Shown here one piece after another: positions 40,255-49,166 of a stretch of 64,000 bases of DNA (within the stretch, counting starts at the first letter, position 1; each line of letters starts with the position of its first letter). The translations under genes were made by a program, and so were the position numbers. The notes under the pieces are model-generated. The model did not search any database. It was not told where the DNA came from and saw only the letters and a list, made by a program, of their open reading frames with translations. Origin of the DNA: Spirochaetia bacterium (GTDB taxonomy: Bacteria; Spirochaetota; Spirochaetia; UBA9216); contig CAXXYH010000004.1 of assembly GCA_963677925.2 (NCBI GenBank), forward strand, positions 2,304,001-2,368,000. The letters run 5' to 3'.

Positions 40255-42252
40255 TCAGTTGTTATTATTGTTCAGATTATTCAGTGCATTAGAACTCTGC
40301 TGCATTGAATTGATATTGCCTTCCATGATTGCATACTTATTCTTAAGCTCAGCTTCCTTATCTTCCAGTTTCAGTTCATACGAAGCAATATCCCGTTCTG
40401 TTCTTGTTATTCTTGAATCAAGACTTGATATCCTGTAAGCAACAATGCCGCCGGTTCCCGTATATGGTTTCGTATATTCCTGGGTTTTGTATGCAGCTCC
40501 GTTATCTACAACAAGGTCTCCATCACTGTCTATTCCAAAAAGTTCTTTAACAGCGACAAGATTTTCCGTTAACGCACTGTCAAGCTCATTTTCATTAATC
40601 TCTATGTACCCGCGGAGTTTTGAATTATTAATTCCGCCTCCGAAACCTGTAGAGTTGGTTGAAATGCCTATTTGCGAAAGCAGTTTAAGATTGTCTCCGG
40701 CAGACGTGTTATAAGGTTCCATCATGATATACTGAAGGCGTGATTTCATCTGATTAAGGGTTGAATCTCCCTGAAATAGACCAAGCCTCTCTCTTGCTGT
40801 CTTTCTTTCCTCATCAGTAAAATAATCAATTTCTGAGATCAGTCCGCCGTCATTGGAAACAAGAATCCCCAGTTCCGCCTGTAATCTGTTATAATTCCCG
40901 ACAAATTCAATAATTGTGTCTTTTATCAGCTCTCTGTCAGGTTTTATATCCAGTTTTACGGCTTTTTCACTCTCGCCATTAATATTCAGGGTAACTCCGG
41001 GAATAAGGTCATCTATTGTATTGGATGTGCGTCTTACTTCAATACCGTCAATTTTTATTTTTGCATCCGATGCTGTGGAAACCGGACGGGAAGGTTCCCA
41101 TTCTCCACGTGCATCCGGATCATAAATTTTAATATCAGAAATGGATATTTCTCTGAATGTGTTATTGTTGACAAATTTGATTGCCTCGGCAGAACCTGCT
41201 GCATCCCTAAGGTTTATTGTAATCGTCTGTTCCTCAGATGTTTTTCTGAATCCAGGCAGTATTGTTTCTTTCCCGTTTGACATGAGGCTGAATACTTCAA
41301 AATCATCAATTACTTCAGGCGGTTCCGGTTCCTGATACTGAGGCATTTCAACTGTCGAATTACTGTTGCTGATTGTGATACCCTTAAATGAAATACTGCC
41401 GGGAGTAAGCTCTTCAGGGCCCGGTGGCGGGGTAGGGGGCGTCCACTCACCCTGTTCCATCTCATTTACAGTGAAAGTAATTTCAAGAACCATTTTACCA
41501 TTATCTTTTACAGCAGGATTTACAGGTATGATGCCCTGAGCTCCCGGTTGCAGAACGAGATTATTTTTATCATCAAGTTTAACTAAAGTACCTGCTTCTT
41601 CCGGAGTAAGAGCAATATTACGCATAGAACTGTCTGATCTTTTTAAAATACCCGCAGATACTGCAAAATCAAGAGCTGTCCCTTCGTTGAATATAAGCCT
41701 GTTCTCAAGCCCTTCTTTTGTTGACTCTATTAAAATAACGCTTGTATCAGGTGTATCTTTAATAACCTGTGCGTGAAGTAAATCTTTACCCCTGCTGTTT
41801 ATTCTGTCAGCCAGTCTTGATAGAGACCCGCCCCGGAAATTAAATGAAATCTCCTCTTCGCCTATTGTAAAGGAATAAGTCCCATCAGGGGCGTCAAAAT
41901 CTTTATCCATTGAGTCAGATAAAAACCTGTCTGCAGCAGCCATATTTATAATTTTAATGGTTTTCTGTTCTTCTATTGCATCTCTGCCTACAGTTGCTGT
42001 AAGCACATCCTCATCGGAAGATTCTGCTATGCGTTCACTAAACGGGTTTTCAAAACCGTAGAGTTTCTTTGCCGCGTCTTCAACTTTTGAAATATTTCGA
42101 GAGATATCCTGCCATACTGTCTTTTCATTTTCATACTTATCAAGCTCATCCTGCTTTCTTTCAAGGGGAATTCTTTCGAGCTCCATGAGTTTGGAGACAA
42201 TATTGTCGGTATTATAACTGCTTGTAACACCCGGTATAGTTACATCGGACAT
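40255..42252 (-). CDS. fliD: Flagellar filament cap protein
   Basis: IPGVTSSYNTDNIVSKLMELER, SNTIDDLIPGVTLNI, LSQIGIST. Confidence 0.96.
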   Translation of the reverse strand: MSDVTIPGVTSSYNTDNIVSKLMELERIPLERKQDELDKYENEKTVWQDISRNISKVEDAAKKLYGFENPFSERIAESSDEDVLTATVGRDAIEEQKTIKIINMAAADRFLSDSMDKDFDAPDGTYSFTIGEEEISFNFRGGSLSRLADRINSRGKDLLHAQVIKDTPDTSVILIESTKEGLENRLIFNEGTALDFAVSAGILKRSDSSMRNIALTPEEAGTLVKLDDKNNLVLQPGAQGIIPVNPAVKDNGKMVLEITFTVNEMEQGEWTPPTPPPGPEELTPGSISFKGITISNSNSTVEMPQYQEPEPPEVIDDFEVFSLMSNGKETILPGFRKTSEEQTITINLRDAAGSAEAIKFVNNNTFREISISDIKIYDPDARGEWEPSRPVSTASDAKIKIDGIEVRRTSNTIDDLIPGVTLNINGESEKAVKLDIKPDRELIKDTIIEFVGNYNRLQAELGILVSNDGGLISEIDYFTDEERKTARERLGLFQGDSTLNQMKSRLQYIMMEPYNTSAGDNLKLLSQIGISTNSTGFGGGINNSKLRGYIEINENELDSALTENLVAVKELFGIDSDGDLVVDNGAAYKTQEYTKPYTGTGGIVAYRISSLDSRITRTERDIASYELKLEDKEAELKNKYAIMEGNINSMQQSSNALNNLNNNNN

Positions 42253-42285
42253 CTGTTATCAATTCTACCCGTCCCGGGGCCGAAC

Positions 42286-42702
42286 TTAGATAGTCTGGTC
42301 GATTATCAGCCCCATAGCTTCTTTCATTTTGGCATACAGCCTTTTAAGCTCTTCAGGAGGGATCTCCTTGATTACTTTATCGGTTTCTGCGTCAACGACC
42401 TTTACGATAACCTGGTCTAATTCCTTGTCTATACTGAATTTGAGTCGTCTGTTAAATACTTCGGTGATATCTATGATGTCGCGCAGATATTTCTCTGCAT
42501 CTATCTTTTCGCGTTGTTTTTCTGCATTCTGTACTTCCGCTTCAAGCTGTTTTACAGCTGTCTGTCGTGCTTCTTCCTGCTGCTTTACGGCCTGTTCCGT
42601 CCGTATTTTCACTTTGCTGCTTTCAATTTTCTGAGAGGAAGTGTCTACTCTGCGGTTCATAGTAAAAGCACCTGAATTCAGGGCCTGTATGTCCATTTCC
42701 AT
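42286..42702 (-). CDS. flaG: FlaG family protein
   Basis: LKFSIDKELDQVIVKVVDAETDKVIKEIPPEE. Confidence 0.93.
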   Translation of the reverse strand: MEMDIQALNSGAFTMNRRVDTSSQKIESSKVKIRTEQAVKQQEEARQTAVKQLEAEVQNAEKQREKIDAEKYLRDIIDITEVFNRRLKFSIDKELDQVIVKVVDAETDKVIKEIPPEELKRLYAKMKEAMGLIIDQTI

Positions 42703-42795
42703 AACACCACTCCTTGGTTGATAATCGAAATGCAGGCATTTCGATTATTTGAATTACCGGTCGGTAATTCACAGCCACCTATCAAAGCTGTTGGA

Positions 42796-42825
42796 AAGAA
42801 TGGAAGGGGGCGCGAGCCCCTCCCC
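42796..42825 (-). terminator. Probable (leaky) terminator after the flagellin gene
   Basis: GC-rich hairpin GGGGAGGGGC-TCGC-GCCCCCTTCC followed by ATTCTTT. Confidence 0.55.
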
Positions 42826-42881
42826 GTAAAATCAGTAAAAAGATAACGTCCAGAAATCTTTTTACAAGAGACAGAATCAAT

Positions 42882-43733
42882 CTATAGTAACTGAAGCACT
42901 GACTGGGGTGAAGTGTTTGCCTGAGCAAGCACTGCCGTGCTGGACTGTGTAAGGATCTGGTTTTTAACATAATCAACCATCTCACTGGCCATATCCACAT
43001 CACGTATTGATGATTCCGCTGCCTGAAGGTTTTCTGCTGCAATTGCAACACCCTTCGATGCAGTTTCGAACCTGTTCTGGTATGCACCAAGATCGGCTCT
43101 CTGTTTTGAAACCTGTTTGAGTGCGCTGTCGACAAGTCCGATTGCCATGTTGGCATCTTCCGGAGTCTGGATTGTGATAGTTCCCTCTCCACCCTGGATA
43201 TTTTCAATACCAAGAGCAGCAGCTGTCATAGTTCCAATATAGATTTTTTCATTCTGGTCCATATTGGCCCCAACCTGGAACTGCATAATCTGACCTGTAG
43301 CAGAATCAGTTGCAAATGCGCCTGTAAGCATGTTCATGCCGTTGAACTGCGCGTGTGAAGCAATTCTGTTAATCTCATCAACCAGCTGAGAAACCTCTAC
43401 CTGAATCTGCATTCTGTCTTCTTCAGTATAGATTCCGTTAGCTGACTGAACAGAAAGTTCTCTCAGTCTGTGAAGAATGTCCTGTGTATTAGCAAGATAT
43501 CCTTCTGTTGCCTGAATGAATGAAACACCGTTTTCAATGTTTCTGTTCGCCTGAGTTAACCCGCGAATCTGACTTCTGAGCTTTTCTGAAACAGCAAGCC
43601 CTGAAGCGTCATCGCCTCCTTTGTTGATTCGCATACCGGAACTGAGTTTTTCAAGATTTCCAGTCATCTCAACAGCCTTATTATTAAGCTGTCTGCTGGC
43701 ATAACTTGCACTCAAGTTGTGATTAATTATCAT
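42882..43733 (-). CDS. flaB: Flagellar filament core protein FlaB (paralog 2)
   Basis: [35 protein letters not shown]. Confidence 0.97.
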   Translation of the reverse strand: MIINHNLSASYASRQLNNKAVEMTGNLEKLSSGMRINKGGDDASGLAVSEKLRSQIRGLTQANRNIENGVSFIQATEGYLANTQDILHRLRELSVQSANGIYTEEDRMQIQVEVSQLVDEINRIASHAQFNGMNMLTGAFATDSATGQIMQFQVGANMDQNEKIYIGTMTAAALGIENIQGGEGTITIQTPEDANMAIGLVDSALKQVSKQRADLGAYQNRFETASKGVAIAAENLQAAESSIRDVDMASEMVDYVKNQILTQSSTAVLAQANTSPQSVLQLL

Positions 43734-43755
43734 ATAACCCTCCTTGATAGGTTAA

Positions 43756-43774
43756 GAAGGCATCCCTTGCCTTC
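43756..43774 (-). promoter_or_regulatory. CsrA-binding hairpin in the flaB leader
   Basis: GAAGGC-AAGGGAT-GCCTTC, GGA in loop, 22 nt before ATG. Confidence 0.7.
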
Positions 43775-43936
43775 ATTTTTTGCATGGCAGTGCAGTAAAC
43801 AAGAAGTTACTCGCGCTTCTCCCGTTCAGTATACCTGCACAACAAGGAGAAATTCCGACCGTTTGTATGACCGGAAAATCTCCTTCATCCACCATGCTAG
43901 AGGGTTTTTTTCAAAGAACGTAAACTCTACGTAAAA

Positions 43937-43965
43937 ATTATAGCCCTTTATCCAAGCAATTGCAA
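43937..43965 (-). promoter_or_regulatory. sigma70 promoter for the downstream flaB, overlapping the end of the upstream flaB
   Basis: TTGCAA-17nt-TATAAT. Confidence 0.6.
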
Positions 43966-44808
43966 TACAGATTGTGTTTTCATGTTAGCCTGAGCGAGCA
44001 TAGCAGTTCCAGCCTGAACAAGAATCTGATTCTTGGTGTAGCTGACCATCTGTTCAGCCATATCAGCATCTCGAATTCTTGATTCTGCAGCCTGGAGGTT
44101 CTCAGCTCCGATGTCGAGGCCTGATACAGCGTATTCAAGTCTGTTCTGGTAAGCACCAAGGTCTGCTCTCTGCTTGTTAACAGTTTTAAGAGCCTTGTCG
44201 ATTACACCAATTGACATGTTAGCGCTTTCAGGAGTCTCAAGAGACATGATTTTGCCGCTTCCGATTTCTTTAACACCAAGTGATGTTGAAGTCATTGTAC
44301 CAATGAATACTCTTTCTCTCTGATCAATGTTTGCGCCGATATGGAACCACATTGAAGCAGTAACAGTGTTTTCACCGGTTTCCTGTGCAAAACGTCCAGT
44401 CAGCATATTCATACCGTTGAACTGTGCATGTGAAGCGATTCTGTCAATTTCATCAACAAGCTGTGAAACTTCTACCTGAATCTGCATTCTGTCTTCTTCA
44501 GTATAAATACCGTTTGCAGACTGTACTGAAAGTTCTCTGACTCTCTGAAGTACATTCTGAGTTGACTGCAGATATCCTTCAGTAGCCTGAATAAAAGATA
44601 TGCCGTTTGCAGCATTGTCAGAAGCCTGATTAAGCCCTCTAATCTGTGAGCGCATCTTTTCTGATACCGCAAGACCTGAAGCATCATCGCCGGCTCTGTT
44701 GATTCTAAGACCGGAAGAAAGTTTCTCCATGTCCTTTGTTGTAGCAAGGTTTGACTGTCCAAGAGACCTGTTTGCAAACATTGCGCTGAGGTTGTGATTA
44801 ATAACCAT
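43948..44808 (-). CDS. flaB: Flagellar filament core protein FlaB (paralog 1)
   Basis: [33 protein letters not shown]; start after GGAGG at 44808. Confidence 0.97.
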   Translation of the reverse strand: MVINHNLSAMFANRSLGQSNLATTKDMEKLSSGLRINRAGDDASGLAVSEKMRSQIRGLNQASDNAANGISFIQATEGYLQSTQNVLQRVRELSVQSANGIYTEEDRMQIQVEVSQLVDEIDRIASHAQFNGMNMLTGRFAQETGENTVTASMWFHIGANIDQRERVFIGTMTSTSLGVKEIGSGKIMSLETPESANMSIGVIDKALKTVNKQRADLGAYQNRLEYAVSGLDIGAENLQAAESRIRDADMAEQMVSYTKNQILVQAGTAMLAQANMKTQSVLQLLG

Positions 44809-44831
44809 AAAATCCTCCATGAAATTATATA

Positions 44832-44845
44832 GGGCATCCTTGCCC
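44832..44845 (-). promoter_or_regulatory. CsrA-binding hairpin in the flaB leader
   Basis: GGGC-AAGGAT-GCCC matches the canonical CANGGANG hexaloop, 23 nt before ATG. Confidence 0.75.
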
Positions 44846-44974
44846 AACTCTGCATACTGCAGAGCTATTAACCAAAAATAACTAAATCAGATTAAAAAAA
44901 GCCCGATAATCTGACTATGGGGGAGAATAGACAGGTTTACATGTCTGAAAAGTCTATTACTACCCTTACTTCTT

Positions 44975-45002
44975 TTTTCGACCATACCTATCTTAAACTT
45001 GA
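44975..45002 (-). promoter_or_regulatory. sigma28 promoter of flaB paralog 1
   Basis: TCAA(GTTT)-16nt-GTCGAAAA with AT-rich upstream DNA. Confidence 0.55.
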
Positions 45003-45094
45003 AACTAAATATTAAAAAAATAATAAAAAAAATCGAAAAAAAAGGGAGAAAAGAGAAGGGGATTCAGTTGTAAAGTAGAATTGTTTAGTGAGTT

Positions 45095-46189
45095 TTATAA
45101 ACGTTTAAGGTAATCGGCTGCAATCCGGTCTTCGGGTGCAAGTTCAAGTACTTTTCTGAAGTATTTCTCTGCATTAAGATTATCTTCGCTTTTATAGGAA
45201 ACAATACCAAGATTTGAAAGAATTTTAATATTTTCCGGTTCCATTTTAAGTGCAGTAAGAAGGTGATTCCTGCTGGAATCGAGTTCTCCGGTTTCCATTA
45301 GACAGATAGCCAGTTCGTTGTAGGTATCTACCTGATTAGATCCGTAAGATATAGCCTTATTGAAAGCTTCGATTCCTTCTTTATATAAAGACTGTCTTCT
45401 GTATGCCCATCCAAGTAGAAACCACGCATTCCATACCTCAGGTTCGTGTTCAAGAAAATCTTTTATTAAAACAATTCCTTTATCTTCGTTTCCCATTCTG
45501 ATAGCATCGTAGGCTTCATAAAATAATGAATCAGAATTTTTTTTCTTTGATAGTTCTGAAACGATAGGTTTTATTTTTTCAATTTTCTCTTTATCAGAAG
45601 ATTTATCAATAAAAATATTCAGGTGTTCTAAAGCTTTTTCCAGGTTGTTTTTTTTCAGAAAAAACAACCCTGAGTTAAAATGGGCTTCGGTTGAATCAGG
45701 ATACAATGCCAGCAGTTTCTTGTATGCTTCAAATGCTTTTTCGTTGCAGATATCTGAAAGTTCCGCCTTTTCAAGCGCCAGGTACGAATCGGCCATTTCT
45801 TCATACAAAAGAGCAGTATTGAGAATTGTTGTAAAATCTCCAGGCAGGAGTCCTGAAAGTGAATTAAAGATTTCTTCGGCTATTGCATAATCTTTCTCTG
45901 TAGCCTTGGCTATCGCTGCCGAAGTCAGTTCATGTTTTATATCAGGTCTGACAGCCAGTATCAGCTTCCTGTAATACTCGCAGTCCTGATGTTCAGGGTT
46001 GTAGGCAAGTATTTTTAAAGCCGCAGCTATTATCATTTCCCAGCTTAGATTATTAATGTCAGAATAACCATTGTCGGGGTTTATTTCCACTGGGAGCAGA
46101 ACTGAAGGATCAATTTCTTTGATGTCGCCCCTGGTAATATCTTCGGGTAAAGAAATATATACTATATTCTTTAAAATATCTTCATTCAT
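45095..46189 (-). CDS. Tetratricopeptide repeat protein
   Basis: Multiple TPR patterns (AHFNSG, AWFLLGWAY, ILSNLG). Confidence 0.85.
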   Translation of the reverse strand: MNEDILKNIVYISLPEDITRGDIKEIDPSVLLPVEINPDNGYSDINNLSWEMIIAAALKILAYNPEHQDCEYYRKLILAVRPDIKHELTSAAIAKATEKDYAIAEEIFNSLSGLLPGDFTTILNTALLYEEMADSYLALEKAELSDICNEKAFEAYKKLLALYPDSTEAHFNSGLFFLKKNNLEKALEHLNIFIDKSSDKEKIEKIKPIVSELSKKKNSDSLFYEAYDAIRMGNEDKGIVLIKDFLEHEPEVWNAWFLLGWAYRRQSLYKEGIEAFNKAISYGSNQVDTYNELAICLMETGELDSSRNHLLTALKMEPENIKILSNLGIVSYKSEDNLNAEKYFRKVLELAPEDRIAADYLKRL

Positions 46190-46192
46190 AAG

Positions 46193-47020
46193 TTAACCCG
46201 ATACCGGAGGTGTTGCTCCGGGTTTAATTCCGGACAGATAGTCATTGATTAGAACTTTGTACTCTATAGGTATAAGTTTTTCTTCAAACTGAATTGCAAT
46301 GGAGGCTATATCCTTCCTGTCAGCTATCGGTTCGAATCGAACTACTTTACCTGGTATTTTCAGTATCAGATCATTCTCTTCGATATCGAGACGGATTAAT
46401 GCAACCTTATTAACAAGAAATTTTGCAATACCTGCAATAATAAGCTTAGTTCCCGAGAAGGATATGTCTCTAATGATAGCTTTTCTTGGAATATTGTCGA
46501 TTAGGACTATAACGCTTTTGGATTTTAATCCGATTTTACGGATTATATTGTCGTTTATCTGAATTCTTTCTTCTTTTCTTTTCTGAGAATTAAGATTTGT
46601 TTCAAGAAGTCTACCCAGCTTGGCAATGAGATCGTCAGGCGGCTGTTGGGTGTAGGCGAGGTTTATTAATGAAAGATCACTTTTTGCATCACCATACTTA
46701 CTGAATCCCGCAACTCTTGCTGATACAAAGAAAACGAGAGGGGCAGCTTTGTCAGGTACCTTAAAACTGAATTGAAGGGAAACAAAGTTATTTGCAGCTT
46801 TAATTTTTGCGTGAAAATCTTCTTTTATACTGGCAACAACTTTAGCGCCTTTCATGGAGCTTGAATATACAAAGCAAGGCCAATATTCGCCTTTACATTT
46901 TAGAAGATTATTACGCGGCATAAGGCCTGTTGCTCTTATGACGTCTTTATTGAATGCAACTTCAACATCACCAAACTGTTTAAAATAATTGGTAATCTGC
47001 TGTCCTGTAATTAGTGCCAT
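46193..47020 (-). CDS. PilZ-domain c-di-GMP receptor (PlzA-like)
   Basis: RKEER (RxxxR) and DISFSG. Confidence 0.85.
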   Translation of the reverse strand: MALITGQQITNYFKQFGDVEVAFNKDVIRATGLMPRNNLLKCKGEYWPCFVYSSSMKGAKVVASIKEDFHAKIKAANNFVSLQFSFKVPDKAAPLVFFVSARVAGFSKYGDAKSDLSLINLAYTQQPPDDLIAKLGRLLETNLNSQKRKEERIQINDNIIRKIGLKSKSVIVLIDNIPRKAIIRDISFSGTKLIIAGIAKFLVNKVALIRLDIEENDLILKIPGKVVRFEPIADRKDIASIAIQFEEKLIPIEYKVLINDYLSGIKPGATPPVSG

Positions 47021-47023
47021 AAA

Positions 47024-47196
47024 AAACCCCGCGATGCCGCTTGAGGAAAAATCTCTTGAACTCCAGGGTTCAAGTGGGTTTCCTTTTCAATGCATCCTGT
47101 TCGCCGATTGGAAAACAATTCAACACAGAAATATGGAATCCCGTTTCTGAGGTTTGTCCCAAGAGATTTACGCCCCGCCCGTACATCGCAGGGTAA
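47024..47196 (-). ncRNA. ssrS: 6S RNA
   Basis: Closing stem ACCCTGCGATGT/GCATCGCGGGGT, inner AAATCTCTTG/CAAGAGATTT, CCCACTTGAACCC-GTTCAAG element, ~170 nt, directly downstream of zapA. Confidence 0.88.
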
Positions 47197-47199
47197 ATC

Positions 47200-47496
47200 T
47201 TAGTTTAGACTTCTGTCGATCCTCTCCATTATCTGAAGCGTCAATCTCTCAACTTCGTCAAATTCCTTATTCTGGTCACCTCTGCACTTTTGTTTTTCTT
47301 TCAAAAGTTCATCAACTATAATGATACTAGAAATAATTGAATTTTTCAAAGGGTCTTTTATGCCCATTTCAGATTCAACTGCTTCAGTTTTTTTTCTGAG
47401 GTAATCCAGAATCTCTTCCATTTTACCGGTTTCTTCGTCTGTCTGAATGGCAAATGAAGTTCCCAGTAAATTAATACGGAAGAGACTCTTATCCAT
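47200..47496 (-). CDS. zapA: Cell division protein ZapA
   Basis: INLLGTSFAI...IIIVDELLK pattern; zapB-zapA-ssrS context. Confidence 0.8.
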   Translation of the reverse strand: MDKSLFRINLLGTSFAIQTDEETGKMEEILDYLRKKTEAVESEMGIKDPLKNSIISSIIIVDELLKEKQKCRGDQNKEFDEVERLTLQIMERIDRSLN

Positions 47497-47501
47497 AAGT
47501 T

Positions 47502-47942
47502 TTAGAAAATCTCCAGCTCTGGGGCTATAACATCTTCAGATGATAAACTTCCCGGGTTATCGGGAAGTTTAGGTTCGGCTTCAGGAACCACGGCAGGAAC
47601 AGCCTGTACTTCGGAATCAGTTTCCGTGTTTGCTGTTTTCATTTCATCTGAACTGTTCAAGCCTTCAGAAGAAACAGAGGAAGGAACCTGTGCGTTCTGT
47701 TCCGGGGTTGTTAACCTGTCTTCAAGAACGTCAAGCTGAGAAAGTACATCTTTAATACCTTCTTCTATCTCCCTCTGATCATTTTTAAACGATGAGATCA
47801 TCGATTCAAGTTTCTGTATATGTGCCTGATTTTCCTTGAGTCTGGTCCGCAGCAAGCCGTTCTCTTTTTTAAGAGATTCAATAACTTCGAGAGCCTTCCG
47901 AACTTTTCCGTCAAGGCTCCGAACCTGCTCAATTGTCAGCAT
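47502..47942 (-). CDS. zapB: ZapB-like coiled-coil protein
   Basis: LDGKVRKALEVIESLKKEN coiled coil upstream of zapA. Confidence 0.65.
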   Translation of the reverse strand: MLTIEQVRSLDGKVRKALEVIESLKKENGLLRTRLKENQAHIQKLESMISSFKNDQREIEEGIKDVLSQLDVLEDRLTTPEQNAQVPSSVSSEGLNSSDEMKTANTETDSEVQAVPAVVPEAEPKLPDNPGSLSSEDVIAPELEIF

Positions 47943-47946
47943 TTAC

Positions 47947-48306
47947 TTATACTCCGGCAGCTTCTTTTGATTTTGAAACAAGAGCTGTGAATGCTGCAGG
48001 ATCTTCAATTGCCATATTGGAAAGGGCTTTTCTGTTAAGTTCAATCCCGGCTTTTGAAAGGCCATGCATGAAGGTTGAGTAGTTAATATCATTAGATTTA
48101 CATGCGGCTGAGATTCTGGTAATCCACAGTCGTCTGAAATCTCTCTTTTTCTTTTTTCTGTCTCTGTATGAGTAAAGCCCGGCTTTTGCTACTGCGTCTT
48201 TTGCGGCTCTGAAGTTTGTACTTCTTCGTCCCCAGTATCCTTTAGCCTGCTTAAGTATTTTCTTTCTTCGTTCGCTTCGTCTTGTACCGTCGACTGCTCT
48301 AGGCAT
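47947..48306 (-). CDS. rplT: 50S ribosomal protein L20
   Basis: KQAKGYWGRRS, RDFRRLWITRISAA. Confidence 0.98.
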   Translation of the reverse strand: MPRAVDGTRRSERRKKILKQAKGYWGRRSTNFRAAKDAVAKAGLYSYRDRKKKKRDFRRLWITRISAACKSNDINYSTFMHGLSKAGIELNRKALSNMAIEDPAAFTALVSKSKEAAGV

Positions 48307-48329
48307 ATCTGTCTAACTCCTTTGATATC

Positions 48330-48527
48330 TTATCCGTAAGGTAATAGCTTTTTAGCTTTAGCTGTCTCCGCGGGACTTAACATACCGTTCTTGCGGAGTT
48401 TTCTTTTTCTTTTTGTGCTTTTCTTTGTGAGAATGTGCCTCAAGCCCTGTTTCTTATATTTCACCTTACCGGATGCGGTAAGAGAATATCTCTTTGCGGC
48501 AGATTTTCTTGTTTTCATTTTAGGCAT
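48330..48527 (-). CDS. rpmI: 50S ribosomal protein L35
   Basis: [14 protein letters not shown]...[14 protein letters not shown]. Confidence 0.98.
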   Translation of the reverse strand: MPKMKTRKSAAKRYSLTASGKVKYKKQGLRHILTKKSTKRKRKLRKNGMLSPAETAKAKKLLPYG

Positions 48528-48544
48528 AATAACCCTCTTTAAAA

Positions 48545-49066
48545 TTAGTTCTTAGAATTTTTCGGACTTAGTATCATAGACATAAACCTGCCTTCCATTT
48601 GAGGGGGTCTGTCAAGATTGAAGGAACCTTCTATAGCTGCCATGACTTTTTCAAGAACAACTTTACCAAGTTCCGTATGTGCAAGTTCCCGTCCACGGAA
48701 CCTAACAGTCACTTTTACTTTATTGCCTTCTTCAAGGAACTCTTTTACATGCTTGGCTTTAAACTCAAGATCATGCTTCTCAATCTTCGGCTGCATTCGA
48801 ATTTCTTTCATCTTGACAAGTTTCTGTTTCTTCTTTGATTCTCTGAGCTTCTTTTCCTGCTCGAATCTGTACTTGCCGTAATCAAGAATTTTGCAAACAG
48901 GAGGACTTGCCTGCGGAGCAACCTCTACAAGGTCGAGACCTGCCTCTTTTGCCATGTTGAGAGCATCGGCGATAGCAATCACGCCATGCTGTTCACCGCT
49001 GTCATCAATAAGACGTACTTCTTTGACACGGATTTTTTCATTTAATCTAAGTTCTTTTGCAGCCAA
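48545..49066 (-). CDS. infC: Translation initiation factor IF-3
   Basis: LDLVEVAP...[19 protein letters not shown]; probable TTG start 5 nt after AAGGAG. Confidence 0.96.
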   Translation of the reverse strand: MAAKELRLNEKIRVKEVRLIDDSGEQHGVIAIADALNMAKEAGLDLVEVAPQASPPVCKILDYGKYRFEQEKKLRESKKKQKLVKMKEIRMQPKIEKHDLEFKAKHVKEFLEEGNKVKVTVRFRGRELAHTELGKVVLEKVMAAIEGSFNLDRPPQMEGRFMSMILSPKNSKN

Positions 49067-49104
49067 CATTACTCCTTTTCCAAAAGGGCTAAAAAGATTT
49101 ATGT

Positions 49105-49133
49105 AATATATCATCACATAAAAAAAGAGTCAA
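49105..49133 (-). promoter_or_regulatory. sigma70 promoter of the infC operon
   Basis: TTGACT-17nt-TATATT. Confidence 0.65.
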
Positions 49134-49166
49134 ATGGGTGTAACGTACTATAATTAAATAAATTAT

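Noticed and set aside
42782-44855. Same-strand alternate-frame ORFs inside the flagellin genes (143 aa and 127 aa)
   Set aside because: By-products of biased codon usage in highly expressed genes
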